Assembly (NCBI RefSeq): GCF_009914755.1 | Contig: NC_060935.1 | DNA: 64,000 nucleotides | Direction: 5' to 3' (one strand) | Origin: the human T2T-CHM13v2.0 reference genome, Homo sapiens | Part shown: positions 44,401-59,370 of the stretch, piece by piece | How the letters are laid out: the number at the start of each line of letters is the position of its first letter | How positions within the stretch are numbered: the first letter of the stretch is position 1 | Notes under the pieces: generated by a model | Seen by the model: the letters and a program-made list of their open reading frames with translations, nothing else | Told to the model about the DNA's origin: nothing | Database searches by the model: none | Made by a program: the position numbers and the translations under genes

Positions 44401-45734
44401 GAAAGAATGAAAGTTTAAATGGTCAGGTGGACGAACAGTCGGGTTTGGTGGATGGCAGGATGGAACTTGGAAGGAAGAGGCTCAAATTTATATTTGTTAT
44501 TTCACATAACCTCTCCAGCCCTCCTCCCTGACCTTCCTTCACAGAGGAGAAACTGAAGCCCAGAGATGCTTAGTAACTCACCCATGGCCACGTAGTTTGC
44601 CTGGCCACGTGGTCTGTAAGTGGCTGAGCTGGGACTTGAACTTGCAGCATGAACCCTGGGCTCTTGACAAAAACTCCGTATCAGACCACAACACACCATA
44701 CCATACCTCCTGAAGAGAAAGGAACTTCTTAGGGAATCCTGGCAAACAGGCCCAGAAAATGAGCAGATGAATTCAGTGCCTGCCAAAGCCAGATAGCAAC
44801 CCCTTCCCAGCCAGGGAACCAGGCCATTGACACGGCCACCACTGTTGTCTCCAGCCTCCTCACCCCCAGCATGCCCAGGGCTGAGGTCATTTGATCTCCC
44901 CCACAGCACCAGAGTTCTTAAAGGGGGCCCCTCGGATTTGAAATGTGGGTGACAGTGGTAGATAGTGTCAATGGAAAATGAAACAAAACCCTTTTCTTTG
45001 TGTCCCAAGCAGGATACCAAGTCCTGGGCAGGGGGAGAAATGGGTCACTGGAACAAAATCCTCTTTGACAGCTGAAGCAGGAAGACCTTGTTTGGGGGGA
45101 GAGTAAACAGAAAGGGCCCAGAAAAGACTGACTTCACTGAGCCGCAGCTCTGGCAAGGAAAACAGCTTATTCATATTTGAAGAGGTATTGGATGCTGGTG
45201 GCATCCTAAGTGCTGGAAGGAAGGGAGACACTGCCATCAAAATACATCTAAGCAAAGTAATGAGATGCAGGAGCCCGAGAAAGAAGACATTGGCAGAAGG
45301 GATGGGGGTGGGGGCAGTGGGTGGGAAGGAAAGGAACTGGAGGGAGAGGGGTCAAGCCCAGCTGGGCTTGGGCTGTCATTGTGCAGCCATTTCAGTGGCA
45401 GCCCCATTTGGTTTGCCTGGAATATGATTCTCCGTCTTTGGGGGCGTCTAATGCAAGCTGTGGTCATTATCATCTCCCTAACACCACATGTACATGTAGA
45501 TACAATTTAGGGTGGGGGTCCACCCACACCCCGTCTGGGACTGTGGGTCTTCATGAGCAGTGTGTAGCCCATAGCTCACCCCAGAGACTGGGTCAGCGAG
45601 GCACAGGTGGGACTTGGCATTTGTTTTTGGAAAAAAGCTTCCCAGTGATTTTGACATGGCCCCTGGTTGAGCATATTGCTCTGGGGCTCCAGGAAACCCC
45701 GATGAAGACCTTAGCTTTTGAGGAGCAAGGATGC

Positions 45735-46097
45735 TCTATTAGTCTGTTTTCATGCTGCTGATAAAGACATACCTGAAACTGAGTAATTTATAAAGAAAAA
45801 GAGTTTTAATGGACTCACAGTTCCACATGGCCGAGGAGGCCTCACAATCATGGTGGAAGGCAAAAAATATGTCTTACATGGTGGCAAGCAAGAGAGAGAG
45901 AGAGCTTGTACAGGGAAATTCCCCTTTATAAAACCATCAGATCTCATGAGACTTATTCACTATCATGAGAACAGCATGGGAAAGACCCATCCCCATGATT
46001 CAATTACCTCCCACCAGGTGCCTCCTATGAAGTGTGGAAATTGTGGGAGCTACAATTCAAGATGAGATTTGGGTGGGGACATACCCAAACCATATCA
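45735..46097 (-). mobile_element. THE1 (B/C-like) MaLR solo LTR
   Basis: Reverse complement of TGATATGGTTTGG...CAAATCTCATCTTGAATTGTAGCTCCCA...GACTAATA; TSD gatgc/ggtgc. Confidence 0.92.
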
Positions 46098-46912
46098 GGT
46101 GCTTCATTCTAGCAATGAGAACAAGTGAATTTTAAGTCAGGGAATGAACCTCACAGAGTCCCAGGCACCCTGAGTGGTTCAGGGGCCTCTAGCCAGCTCC
46201 ACAAGGCAATGAGTAACTCACACAGTAGCTCTAGAGCACCTGTATTATCTTCCCATCATGCTCATAGTAAAAGCTAAAGTGGCTATCCAGGTTTATGAAA
46301 TCTTGCAGATCCATTCCTCAACTACAGCAAATACACTCTCTTATCCCAGGGCCTTTGCACTTGGCATTCCCTCTGCCTGGAACATTCTTCCTTCCCCCAG
46401 AGATCCATGTAGGTTCCTCCTTTGCTTCCTGTGGGTCTTTGCCCAACTATCCTACCTAAATAGCACCCCCTCTTGCTCTCAATATCCTACCCAACTTGAG
46501 TTTTCTTCACAGCACTTACCCAATTACATTATACTTATTTATATATGTTGCTCATTTTCTGTCACCTGCTTTAGGTAAATTGCAAGAGGGTTGTGTCTGT
46601 CTCGTTGCCGTCTCTCTTCCCAGCACCTAGAGCAGTGTCTAGCATGTCAGTTGCTCAATAAATACTTGTTGAGTGAATGAATAATGCTAATTCCTTCCTC
46701 TCTGTTGTCCAACAGGACACAGATGTCATTTTCAACTGTGGTTAAAAATTCCCTGGAAAGCAGAGAGCTGGTTTTTGGATCTGTTTTCCCATGTAAACAG
46801 TAAACAAGTAAACAAAAAGCAGCTACTTGGCATCTACGGTATGCTCAGCCACCATGGGCTTAAGGGAGAAAGAAGCAGAGTAAAGCATTAGTTCCTCTCT
46901 TCAAGATCTTCA

Positions 46913-47332
<420 letters not shown>

Positions 47333-47827
47333 TCAGGGAACTTTTCTGGAGAAGGGGAGAACTTCAGTGCCCTTTGAAAAACAGTCCCTGCAATGTAAGT
47401 GGTTTGAGCCAGACTGTTCCCCAGGGGGCAACCAGGTAGCAACCAACTGGGTAACTGGCCTTCGGCCCCCGCTGGAGGAAAGTGGGCAAGAGCCATTAGG
47501 ACCCCGACATGGTGACCTTCCTCCTCCCCAGGATCCCCATTCCAGGTCACCTCATACAACCTAGAGACCAGGCCAGACCTAAAGGAATTGTTAGGGTCCT
47601 GTCACTGTGGCCCAGGAATCTGTGAAGAGAATACTCTGGGCCTGGATTCAGACAGGTCTGCAGTCAGGCCCAAGCAAGTAGCATGAACTTGGACAAGATT
47701 GAGGAACCTCGCCGGGCCTCAGTTTTGTTACCTATAAAATGGGGCCAAGGACACGTTCCTCATTGAATTGTTGGGAGGCCCGTTATATGGAACCCAGGGC
47801 CCAGTATTACAGATTCCCAGGTTCTAT

Positions 47828-48434
<607 letters not shown>

Positions 48435-48876
48435 CTACCTCCACCTTTCCCCAACCTTGGAACCTACAGGCCTTCTAAATTAGGCCATGCCAGATGTTGT
48501 ACTTGGAATTTGTTTGCTTTTGGAGCAGAGATGCCAAAGGGGTGGTAGCAGGAACAGTCATATTTGCCAATTCTGGATTCTAATCCTATCACTAGATTCT
48601 GGTTGTGACAGTGACCAAGGTACCCAACCTCTCTGAGCCCTGAGTCCTGTCTGTAAAACAGAAATACTAAGAGATCCCAAGAGCCACCAGCGGTTGCAGT
48701 GGGTCAGAAAAGAGATGCAATTGCCTGCTCCCAGCCTTTCTGAGGTCACGCACGCGCGGATGGCGCACTGGCTGCTCCTTGTCTGGCCTCTTCTATACTC
48801 CTCTCACCCGCTGCTTCTCTGAGTCTGCAGTGCTGGCTGGCCTGAGTTTTCTGCACTAGGCAAGAAAATAAGGGTT

Positions 48877-48910
48877 TAGCGACCCCTCTTGGCAAATCCG
48901 TGTTACAGCT
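48877..48910 (-). promoter_or_regulatory. Candidate CTCF site
   Basis: Minus strand TTGCCAAGAGGGGTCGCTA versus consensus TGGCCACCAGGGGGCGCTA; TGTAAC upstream-module-like sequence at plausible spacing. Confidence 0.55.
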
Positions 48911-49200
48911 GCTGTAGTCAGGGTGCCCGCAGCAGAGAGGCTCCCAGGCTGTGGAAGGTGAAGTTTTTCCACTGGGTAAATCTTCACTCTACTGTCAACA
49001 TTCACAAGGTGCCTGCAACTGATTGATTTCTTCATTCTTGTCTTCAGTCATTGAAAGATTAGTTAGAAATGAATATTCAACAAATATTAACTAAAAACTC
49101 CCTGTGTGCCTTGGAACTATGGTAGAACGTGAATAGTGTACAGACCAGAAGGGGGCCCAGACCTTAGAAAATTGCATTATGGTATTCATCCATCCGTGCA

Positions 49201-49244
49201 TCCATCCATCCATCCATCCATCCATCCATCCATCCATCCATCCA
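49201..49244. repeat. (TCCA)11 tetranucleotide repeat at the end of an L2-like fragment
   Basis: Direct; followed by cattcatttattcattcac and L2-like sequence to ~49620. Confidence 0.9.
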
Positions 49245-50644
49245 CTTGGTCATTCATTTATTCATTCACAGACATTATTGAGCTCTTCCATGGGCCAACC
49301 ACCCTTCTTTGCGTTTGAGAAATATCAGTAAACAAAGCAATTGAAGACCTCTGCCCTCATGGAGTTTACCTTCTAGAGAAGGGGACTGAAAATAAACGAT
49401 GCATGTAATAAATGAGTACATTATATAGTATGCTTGAAGGGGAAAAGTGCTATAAAAATGAAAGGTGGGATGGAGGAGGGGGAACTGCAGTGTGGTGAGC
49501 ATGAGGAGCGGGTTGTAGAATTAAATAGGTGGTCATAGCAGGACTCTGGGAGAAGGTGAGCTTTGAGCAAAGCCTTGAAGGAGATGAGGGAGTGAGCCAA
49601 GCAGGTATCTGAGGACAGAGTAGCCCAGACGCTGGATTCATGTTAGAGCCAAGACTCTAAAGCACTGCCTACCTGTTGTGTTTTATACAGAGGGCATGAA
49701 CAAAGTATGTGGGAACATAGGCATGGGTCCCTTTATCTGCCTGAGGAGTTAAGGAGGAAGGCTCCTTGGAGGAGGTGATAAAAGAGCTTAGACTTGAAGT
49801 ATAAGCAGGAATGCGCAGAGTGGGCAAGCCTCTGACAGGGCTTTCCAGTGGAGAGGCAGCATGTGCAAAGGCCCGGGGGAACAAGAAATCCTGGTGTGCT
49901 GGGAGAGTTAAGGAGGCTCAATGATTTGGGTTGTTAGAGGGTAGAGTTAGAGGGTAGAGTGAGGGGGAGAGGAATGCAAAGGATGAGAGTAGGGAGCTAG
50001 ATGTGACTGATTATTCCAAAGCTCTATTTGCCACACTGAAGAGCTTGCAAATGATGGCTACAGGGCTGAAATCAACGGGCAAAATGACTTTGCTTGGCTG
50101 GCCTTACTTTTTAAAAAATTTTGAATGCCTATTGGAGGAATAGGCAGGCTTCCATTAGCCTATGTCCTCCCCAACCTCTCCCTTTTCCTTAAGTCAGCAT
50201 TGTACTTGTGTCGCCACTGTGTCCCTGAAGGTATTTGAATTTGCAGTCTCTGTAAGGTGAAGGGGAACTGTCAAAGGATCTTGAGCACAGGAAATAGGGG
50301 ATCAGACTTTTCCATTGGAAAGTTTATTCTGGGGCTCCTTCAAGTCAGGGGATTTATTTCTTCATTTTGATGCTCCCAGGGTCTAAGACAATACTTGGTA
50401 TCTAATAGGTGCCCGGTGGATTGTTTTTAGTTTTGTTTTTAATGAATGGGGAATGAATAAACAAATGACAGAGGAGATGGGCTCCCAGTGCAGGACAGGA
50501 TGGGGGATATGTGAGGTCCTGCCCTCTGGGGTAAGGTGCCTGCCCACAGCTAATGCTTCCTTTAGGTGTGGAATCTACTATGGCACTGTCTTTCCAAGAG
50601 TCTTCCAGAATCACCTGTCATGCTTGTTTTAAAAAGCAGATTCC

Positions 50645-51005
50645 TACCACTCAGCCATAAAAAAGGAATGAATTAATGGCAATCACAGCAACCTGAATGG
50701 GATTGGAGACTGTTATTCTAAGTGAAGTAACTCAGGAATGGAAAACCAAACATTGTATGTTCTCACTAATAAGTGGGAGCTAAGCTATGAGGATGCAAAA
50801 GCATAAAAATGACACAATTGATTTTGGGGACTCGGGGGGAAAGGATGGGAAGGGGGTGAGAGATAAAAGACTATAAATTGAGTTCAGTGTATACTGCTTG
50901 GGTGATGGGTGCACCAAAGTCTCACAAATCATCATTAAAGAACTTACTCATGTAACCAAACACAGCCTGTTTCCCAAAAACCTATGGAAATAAAAAATAA
51001 ATAAA
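50645..51005 (+). mobile_element. L1PB-like 3'-end fragment inserted in a MER5-like element
   Basis: ctaagtgaagtaactcaggaatggaaaacc...ggtgatgggtgcaccaaa...A-rich tail; TSD aaaaagcagattcc/aaaatgcacattcc. Confidence 0.87.
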
Positions 51006-53814
51006 ATGCACATTCCTGGGTTCAGTTATACACCTACTGAATTGGAATCCTACTGATGTGGAGCCCAGGCACCTGTGTGTTAAACAAGCTCTCATTAAAG
51101 TTTGCAAAGAGGCACAAGGCAGAGTATTCTGGGGCTACAGGCTGCCTTGGCCTTGCTTCTGTGTAGACCCCTAGAGAAAGCAGCACAGCAGCTAGCTGCC
51201 CAGGGCAAGCCTGGCAAGCCCACAGCACATAGTCATGGGCGGTTCCACCTGCCCTATCACTTTAGCATATCTGCTCCCGTCTAGTCCTCATACCACCCTC
51301 GGGGAGGTAGGTTTCATTACTGCCATCTTTAACAAGGAGAAACTGAAAACCAGAAAGGCTAGGTGGGTTTGCCAAGGCCACACAGGCAGGGGGGCCTGGG
51401 CAGATTGGGATCCAGCTCTCCTGGGTCTCCTTCCTGATCTTTCTTGCCAAGTTGTCTTTTCTGCCCTGGGTTAACCCACTTCAGCTTGTTCTCAAATCAT
51501 GACCTCCTCAGATATGGGGAAAAGTCAGTAGCTCATTTGTGTTTTAATTGGGAGTCCCTTGCTCTAGTAGTTCTCAGTAGTTTGTAAGTATTAGAATCAC
51601 CTGGTGGTCTTGATAAAGTACGTAGGCCCAGGCCTAGCCTACTTCAAAGAGCCTGGTCCTGTAGCACTTGATTAGTTCTCCAGGTGATGCCAATACCCTC
51701 CAAAGTTTGAGAACCGTGGCTTCAATGAGTGGTTCTCCCTGGGTGGGCGTTGCAAAGCCTTTTCTCTGTAATGGGGCAAAGAAAGCCCACTTTAGGTAAT
51801 AGGGAATTCCTGGGGAAGATCACCCTGGATGGGAAAAGGTGGATCTTATTATTACCTCTAAAGTCACCTTGTGCCTACAAGCAGAACATGCAGGCCACAG
51901 TGGTAAACACATTCAGTGAGGAGGGCGGCAGAGCAGGTCCCTGAGTGCTGACAGTCAATGATGGTTTGCTCAGTCAGTTTCTAGGCCAGAGAAAAGAAGA
52001 GTGAAAACAGATACAGAGGTAAGTGCTGGTGGCAGGGTAATGTGAGCTGTGGGATGTAGAGTGAGAGAGGTACTTTGGACCCGGTGATGCCTAGGGCTCC
52101 TGGGCCTCCAGTGAGGTAGGGTCCCTCATGGACTTAGGTGGCTCATGGATCCCCAAAAGTGAATGCCAAGCTTTGAGAGTATGTGCGCCCTTCCAGGGAG
52201 AGGCCTTAAGGAGGAATGTTTATAAGGGCAATGGGGCCTGAGGTTGACCAACTTGGGTTTGAAGCTCCCCTTTCCACGTCCTACTCGTACCATCTTGTGT
52301 GATTCATTGAGCCTCTGTTTTCTCACCTGTAAAGTGAGTCTAATGATGGTACCCTCCTAATAGGACTGTTTTGAGAATTAAATAACATAAAATACATAAG
52401 GAACCTAGACCAGAGCCTGACTTGAGGCAGTGCTTGAATAATGTTTTAGCTGTCTTTGGTAATATTGTGGTTCAGAGAATTCTATGTCCCCCATGAATAG
52501 TTTACGTCATTCATAATCATTCAGGTCATATCTGGGGACCTTGCTAAATTCAATGGACTGTAATGAATTATGTCCTTAACCGTGTCATCTGAAAGTTGGG
52601 GATAATTCTTACCTCACAGCAGTTGTTAGGGTTAAGTGAAAATGAAACTACTTGAATGGGTCAGCTAGGTAGTCATTAGGCTCACTTTTTAGCTAAGTGA
52701 CCAGCCTTTTCTTCCAGATTACTAATTTTCTTTTTAGCTATATCTAATTGCCTGCTAAACCCTTTTGTTGAGGTTTTCCATTTTTGGTCCTTATATTTGA
52801 ACCTCTAGGATAGGTTGAAAATGCTAGTCTAGTGTTTACCAAAGTCTGACCTATGTGTATATGCAACATAGGCATAGCTGTGTTCCAATAAAACTTTATA
52901 AAAACATGAGATGGGCCCCTATTCTACAACTATGTTAAACTCTTGTAGATCTTCCTTTAATTCTCTTGTGTTTTCCAGATGTATAGTAGTAGTCTGTAGA
53001 TAGTGATAGTTCAAATTCCCTTTTCTGACTCAAATTTCTTACCTTGGCTAATATTCTTGGCTGAGACTGCTGGTACAATGTTAGATATTTAGCAGAGACA
53101 ATAGGTAGGCCTTATCTTGTTTATGAGAATCCCTCCATTGTTTCCCAATTGTGTAGGAGGCTGGCTTTTTAGCTGAGAGATGTTTCATGTTAAATAGGTA
53201 CCATTCATTTAAATAAGTTGTCTAAATAAAGAATGGGTGCTGAATTTCGTCAGGTATCTTTTTAGCATCTATAGATATAATTGATTTTTTGAAACTCCCT
53301 AGGATCTATTAATGAAAAGTTGATATAAATAATAGTATTAAACTAGTCTTACATTCTCATATAACCCCACTTGGTCATAAGGTTATTTTATCGTGCCATT
53401 GGATTCCATTTGCTGAATGCTATTCAGCTTTTAAGATATTGATAATCTACTCATAGGTGAAATTCATCCATAGTTCATTAAACTTCATCAAATCTTTATC
53501 ACTATTTATTTGACTATAAAGTATGGGGTTTTTCTTCTCTAAAACAATTTAAATAGCACTGGAGTAATATACTCCTTTAAATATATGGTAGAATTCACCT
53601 GTGAGACAGTCTGGGCCAGTTACTTGCTTAGGGAGTTAGCTCTTTTCTAACTTCCATGGGAACTGATTTGTTCAGATTTTATTTCTCTTCTGGGATTAGG
53701 ACTAATAAATTCAGTTTTTATACTAAATTGTCCACTTCATCCAGATTGAAGTGTAGCCATAGAACTATTCAAAATAGTCTTTAGTCCTTATTTCTGTGTA
53801 CATGCTTTCTCCTG

Positions 53815-53951
53815 TTATTTTTATTTTTATTTTTTTTTGTAGAGATGAGATCTCACTATGTTGATGAGGGTGGTCTCCAACTCCTCAAGCCATTCTCTTG
53901 CCTCAGCCTCCCAAATGTTTGGATTACAAGTGTGAGCCACCATGCCTAGCC
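53815..53951 (-). mobile_element. Alu left monomer (FLAM-like)
   Basis: T tail followed by gtagagatgagatctcactatg...gtgagccaccatgcctagcc. Confidence 0.8.
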
Positions 53952-54119
53952 TTCCTGGTTGTTTTTTTTGTTTTGTTTTTTTTGTTTTTTTTGTTTTTTT
54001 AGCTTGTCTTTTTTGGAACTAGCTCACTTTTTTCTACTATAAAATAATTATGCAAATATCCTGTGTAAGTATGAGGCCCAACCCCATCCTGGTCTTTCCA
54101 CTGGAAAGGCTAGCATTTA

Positions 54120-54434
<315 letters not shown>

Positions 54435-56473
54435 CTATTTATATTCTAGCAGAGACTTAGTTCGCTATAGCTACATTTTAAATCTATTTAAGTCTGATAA
54501 GATTCATAAGTATACCGTTTGAGCTTGGACAAATGGCTATCACCATCTACCTACCACTCCATCAAATAGAGATCACCTCCATTTCCCTAGAAAAGTTCCT
54601 TGGGCCCCAGTGCAGTCAGTTTCCTACACGCCTCCCCTGGCAACCACTAGTCTGAGGAATTGGTATTGCCTGTGGAAATACTGATCCTGTGATGGTCACA
54701 AGATTCTAAGTGGAGTTATTTTCTTTCAGTACATTGAAAATGACATCCCACTGTCTTCAGGTTTCCACTGTTGATGAAGTTAGCTTTTGATCTGTTATTC
54801 CTTGAAAGGTACATTTTTTTCCTGGATTGCTTTTGAGATGTTATCTTTGTCTTGTTTTTTGTAGTTTCACTATATAGTGTAGATTTCCTTATCCCAGTTA
54901 GCATTTGGACTTCTTGAATCCATGCTTTGATGTCTAACTATCTAGCACTGAAGATACAGCTTATTCAAATGATTTTTGTCCCATTTTCTCTTCTTTTGGG
55001 ACTCCAAAAAAATACATCTGTGTGTGTATTAGATTTTTTCATATTCTCTTACTTTCTCTTGTCTTCATGCCTTATTCCAGAAAGCTTCTTCAGCCTCTTC
55101 TTCCAGGTTAGTAATTTTATCTTTAGAGGTTTTAAATTTTTGGTCTTTATATTGTAACCTCTGGGGATCTCCTGTTTTCCTTCAAATCTGTTATTTTAAT
55201 AAATTTTAATTTTCTTTCCATTTTTAAACTTGGATTTTATCTCCTTCAACAGAAAAGCAATTATTTTATAATCTACTCCCAATAGCTGGAGACCAGTTGG
55301 TCTTTCTCTTGTCTGTGCTGGTGGTTTTAGGTCATGCTGTTTATTTATGTACCTGATTTTCTATATGCTGGACACAATATTTTAAAAATGCTTTGAGAAA
55401 TATACTCTATGGTAGCAGCTTCCAGAGTGTTTGCTTACTTCTACCTGGAATTTTGAGTCACCAAAATACGGTATGATTTAACCCAATCTCAGAACTTGAG
55501 ACTTTCTGGGTATTATGTGACATGAAGCCAGGCTGGAGTTCATGCAAGGACTGGTTTTCTACTAGTTCACTCTGCTTCCTAGGGCTAAAATGGGAGGCTT
55601 GGGGTTTAAATCCTGGCTCTAATGTGAGACCCTAGAAGGTACTTATCTTCACTGGGCTTCAGTTTCATCACATTCTTCTCATCTTACATACGGAGAAACT
55701 GATGCCCAGACAGGGGAAGTAATTCTTCCAACATCCTACAGTTAGTGAGCAGCAATTATAGAATAGAGCCTAGGCCTGTCAAGGGTACTTCTACTTGAGC
55801 TTTCAATTTTGCACCTTGTATTTAGGGATCTATATCCCCAAATAACTTGCTTCCCCTTACATGCACATGAAGACGATTCTGCAATCCCTATCATACTTGC
55901 CATACCCAGAAGGAAGAATCTGAATTAGGTGAGAGTACTGAGACACCAGAGGAGGCTGGTGTGTGGCAAGAAGAAGGAAGGCTGGAAGAGTTATAAGGGC
56001 TTGTAGGGCACTAGAAAAAGTGATATTAGAAGTATCCTTCTGTAAACAGTATAGCCATGTGCTGGCATCAAAAGTGAACTGCCAGCCTGTTCCCACTTCA
56101 TTTCCCACATTCATTTCTCCTTCCCAACTTCTGTTCATGATCTGTCTTTCAGCTCTTGTCAAAAGGCTGCTAGCATCTACTGGGCTGATCCTGGGATACT
56201 GGTTCTAGCTGCTAGAGAAGGCCCCCGGGTGAATGGAAAGGTAGATGGTGGGAGGCTGACGAATACTGAAACCAATGGTATAGCCAAGGAGACTTGAGGA
56301 GAGGATTGGTATACCCCCGGTACCAGACAACTTAGGGCTGAGGAATAGGGGCATTGTTGCCTTTGTGGAATGGTGTCATTTACAATAGACTTTTCCCATA
56401 GAAAGATGAGTCTTGGCAGAAGTCCAGCTTCTAGGTTTACTCCTGGCCTTGCTGCATACTCACTTTGTTATCA

Positions 56474-56839
<366 letters not shown>

Positions 56840-58286
56840 TTACCTGCCTTGGCCCCCATGTTTGCTATATAAATCTGCCCTGGGGGGTTCTCATTCAAAC
56901 TACTTTAAACAAGTTTCCTCCTCCATTTGCCTACTAGGCCACACTGGCCTCCAGCTTCCCTGCCGCATCCTGGTCCCTATTTCCTATGTGCCTGGAGTCC
57001 CCGGCTGAGTGCTTGGTATATGGGGCAGACTAGTGGGACTTTGGTAACAGCAAGGACTTCCATGGCAAGAAGTCTAAGAGCCCCTAATTTAACTGAACTG
57101 GAATAACTAAAATTCTGGGACCATGGGCTGAGCTGGCTGATGTTACAGAGCTGTCCAAAGAGCTGTCCCATCTTTGACTTTGTTGTTAAGGTGACACAGG
57201 GCAAAGATACTCAATGTGTAATTCCAGTCCTGGGAAAAGGAAGAAGATGCCTGGTGACAATAGCTTCTTGTTCATTGGAGGGAGGTTACCACCCCGATCT
57301 TGGCTCTTTCCACTAGCACTCCGCAGGACCAACAGGGATGATAGGCACCACCTTTTGGAAGGCAAAACCAAAGGAATCTCACCTGGCCCTTGCAATGCTC
57401 TATGATAATCAAGTATTTGGAAAGATAGTGTGACTTACCTACAGAGTTGAGAGCCCCATTAAAATGAATCTCTTCTAGGACAGGGAATTTGGGCCAGGGC
57501 AAAGTTCTTGCTTGTGGAAGAGACGGTTTCTCTAGGCATAAACACTTATATTTGTTCAATTTCTTTCTCATCAGTATGTTCCTAACACTGAATAAAGTTT
57601 TTGCATTATGATTAAAGGTTGGGATCGTAAGTCAAGACTTGATACAGCTTTGTTCTGTGGCTTTCTCTGTCTATTGCTCCATCTTCCATGGCCAAAGTCT
57701 TCATTTATGGCTCATCTCTTCCCTGACTTGGCAACATCCTTGTGGTTATGCCTCTCCTACTCATTAACTATGTTAGTTGCCCATGTGCCAAGGTACTGTG
57801 CTAAGAATGTAATACTGAAGGCTGACCTGGGCAGACACTGAACAAGTAACAATATTAAATGTCACTAAGGTGAGGTATAGGTTGCAATGGGAACATCACA
57901 GGCAAACTGAACATGGTTTGAAGAAGTTGGACAGAGTGTTTGGTACTCTGAAGTACTGGTGCCCTAAATTTATAAAAGAAGCAACGAGGTTTTTTTTTGT
58001 GTTTGTGTGTGTGTAGGGGGATGTTACTTAGGGGGAAAAACTTGGAATTGTAGCATTTGGTGGAATGGGCATAGGTCTAGATTTTTAGAAAAAAGGGTCT
58101 TGATATCTTGGGATATAAGGATTGTCTTAAAGAAGTAGTGGCAGCTGTTGGCCTCAAGCTTTCCTACCTTCTGGGATCTTGCTATCTGATTTATTGATTC
58201 TTTGAGGCTTTAAAAGGTATTTTTTGGTCTCGTTCAGTATTTAACTTGTTTTCAAAAGGAAGGTTAATCCTAATCGTTGGAAGTTT

Positions 58287-58383
58287 GTTGCAGTAAGCCA
58301 TAATCGTGCCACTGCAATTCAGTCTGAGTGATAGAGCAAGACCCAGTCCCTCCAAAAAAAAACAAAAACAAAACAAAACAAAA
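58287..58383 (+). mobile_element. Alu 3' fragment
   Basis: gttgcagtaagccataatcgtgccactgca...(AAAAC)n. Confidence 0.8.
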
Positions 58384-58713
58384 TTGCTAAGTATAGTCCC
58401 AGGAACTTGCTAGAAATGAGGATTCTCAGGTCTCACCCCAGACATACTGACTCAAAATTCAGGGGTGAGGTCTCACCATCTGTTTCCTACCACGCCCTCC
58501 AGGTGATTCTGATGGACTTCAAAGTTTGAGAGCCATGTACCTAGCCCATAGTTACAAGTGATGGAAGCCTAAGGCAGCTGTCACAGTGAGTAGGTGGAAG
58601 GCATTTGCAGGAAGCCAAGTGAGGATAGAGGAACTGAGGAATCTAAAGGCTTTGAGTATCTGGTATGGCCAACCTGGAGAAGAAAAGGCAAAAAGAAGGG
58701 CTGATGTTCTTCA

Positions 58714-58940
58714 ACAGGGCTTGGCAAACCTTTTATGTAAAGGGCCAGACAGTTAATATTTTAGGCTTCGTGGACCACATGGTCTCTGTCACGTGGTCTC
58801 TGTCATGACTATTAAACTCTGCCATTGTAACACAAAAGCAGCCATAATCAAGACATAAATAAATGAATGGGGCTGTGTTCCAATAAAACTATCTACAAAA
58901 ATAAGTGGCAGGCCAGATTTGGCCCTCAGGCATTAGTTTA
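58714..58940 (+). mobile_element. MER58A-like hAT MITE
   Basis: cagggcttggcaaac...gtaaagggccaga...ggctgtgttccaataaaact...ggccagatttggcc; internal 14-bp duplication (tggtctctgtca). Confidence 0.82.
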
Positions 58941-59230
58941 TTCTAGCAGAATGTTTTACTCAGTGGGTAGTGATGGTGATTGTTTTTGAGCAGTAGAAAC
59001 CCTTTTTTCCTATTTAACCAAACAAAGCAGGAAGTGCTCAGGTTGAAGAACGGGGTGGAAAATCCAGAGCCTCCTTGTTCATATCCCCCTGCTCTTCCTC
59101 AGAACACATCCTAATGCCATTTAAGTAGAGCACTCAGTGTCTAGGCTTGAGGCCATGTACTCATTGCCCTAAAGAGTAGGTAACTCTTCATGAACCAATC
59201 TGGTCATATAACCAAGGCATGGAAGTGAGA

Positions 59231-59253
59231 AGAACAGATCTGAGATCTGTTCT
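59231..59253. promoter_or_regulatory. Perfect 11-bp inverted repeat upstream of ACCSL
   Basis: AGAACAGATCT-G-AGATCTGTTCT seen directly; function unknown. Confidence 0.45.
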
Positions 59254-59313
59254 GTCTCCATCCATTCCTGGACCTGAGGGTCCAGGAGATCCTCCTTTGC
59301 TCCATTGTCAATG

Positions 59314-59329
59314 GTCTCTTTCTCCATAG
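59314..59329 (+). other. Putative 3' splice acceptor upstream of the ACCSL start codon
   Basis: gtctctttctccatag|GT: polypyrimidine tract, TAG, then G. Confidence 0.5.
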
Positions 59330-59370
59330 GTGCCAGGCAGCCTTCAGAGGCCAGTAAAGATACCCGGAGT

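Noticed and set aside
44502-45020. 172-aa minus-strand ORF
   Set aside because: Overlaps MIR-like sequence and has no recognisable domain.
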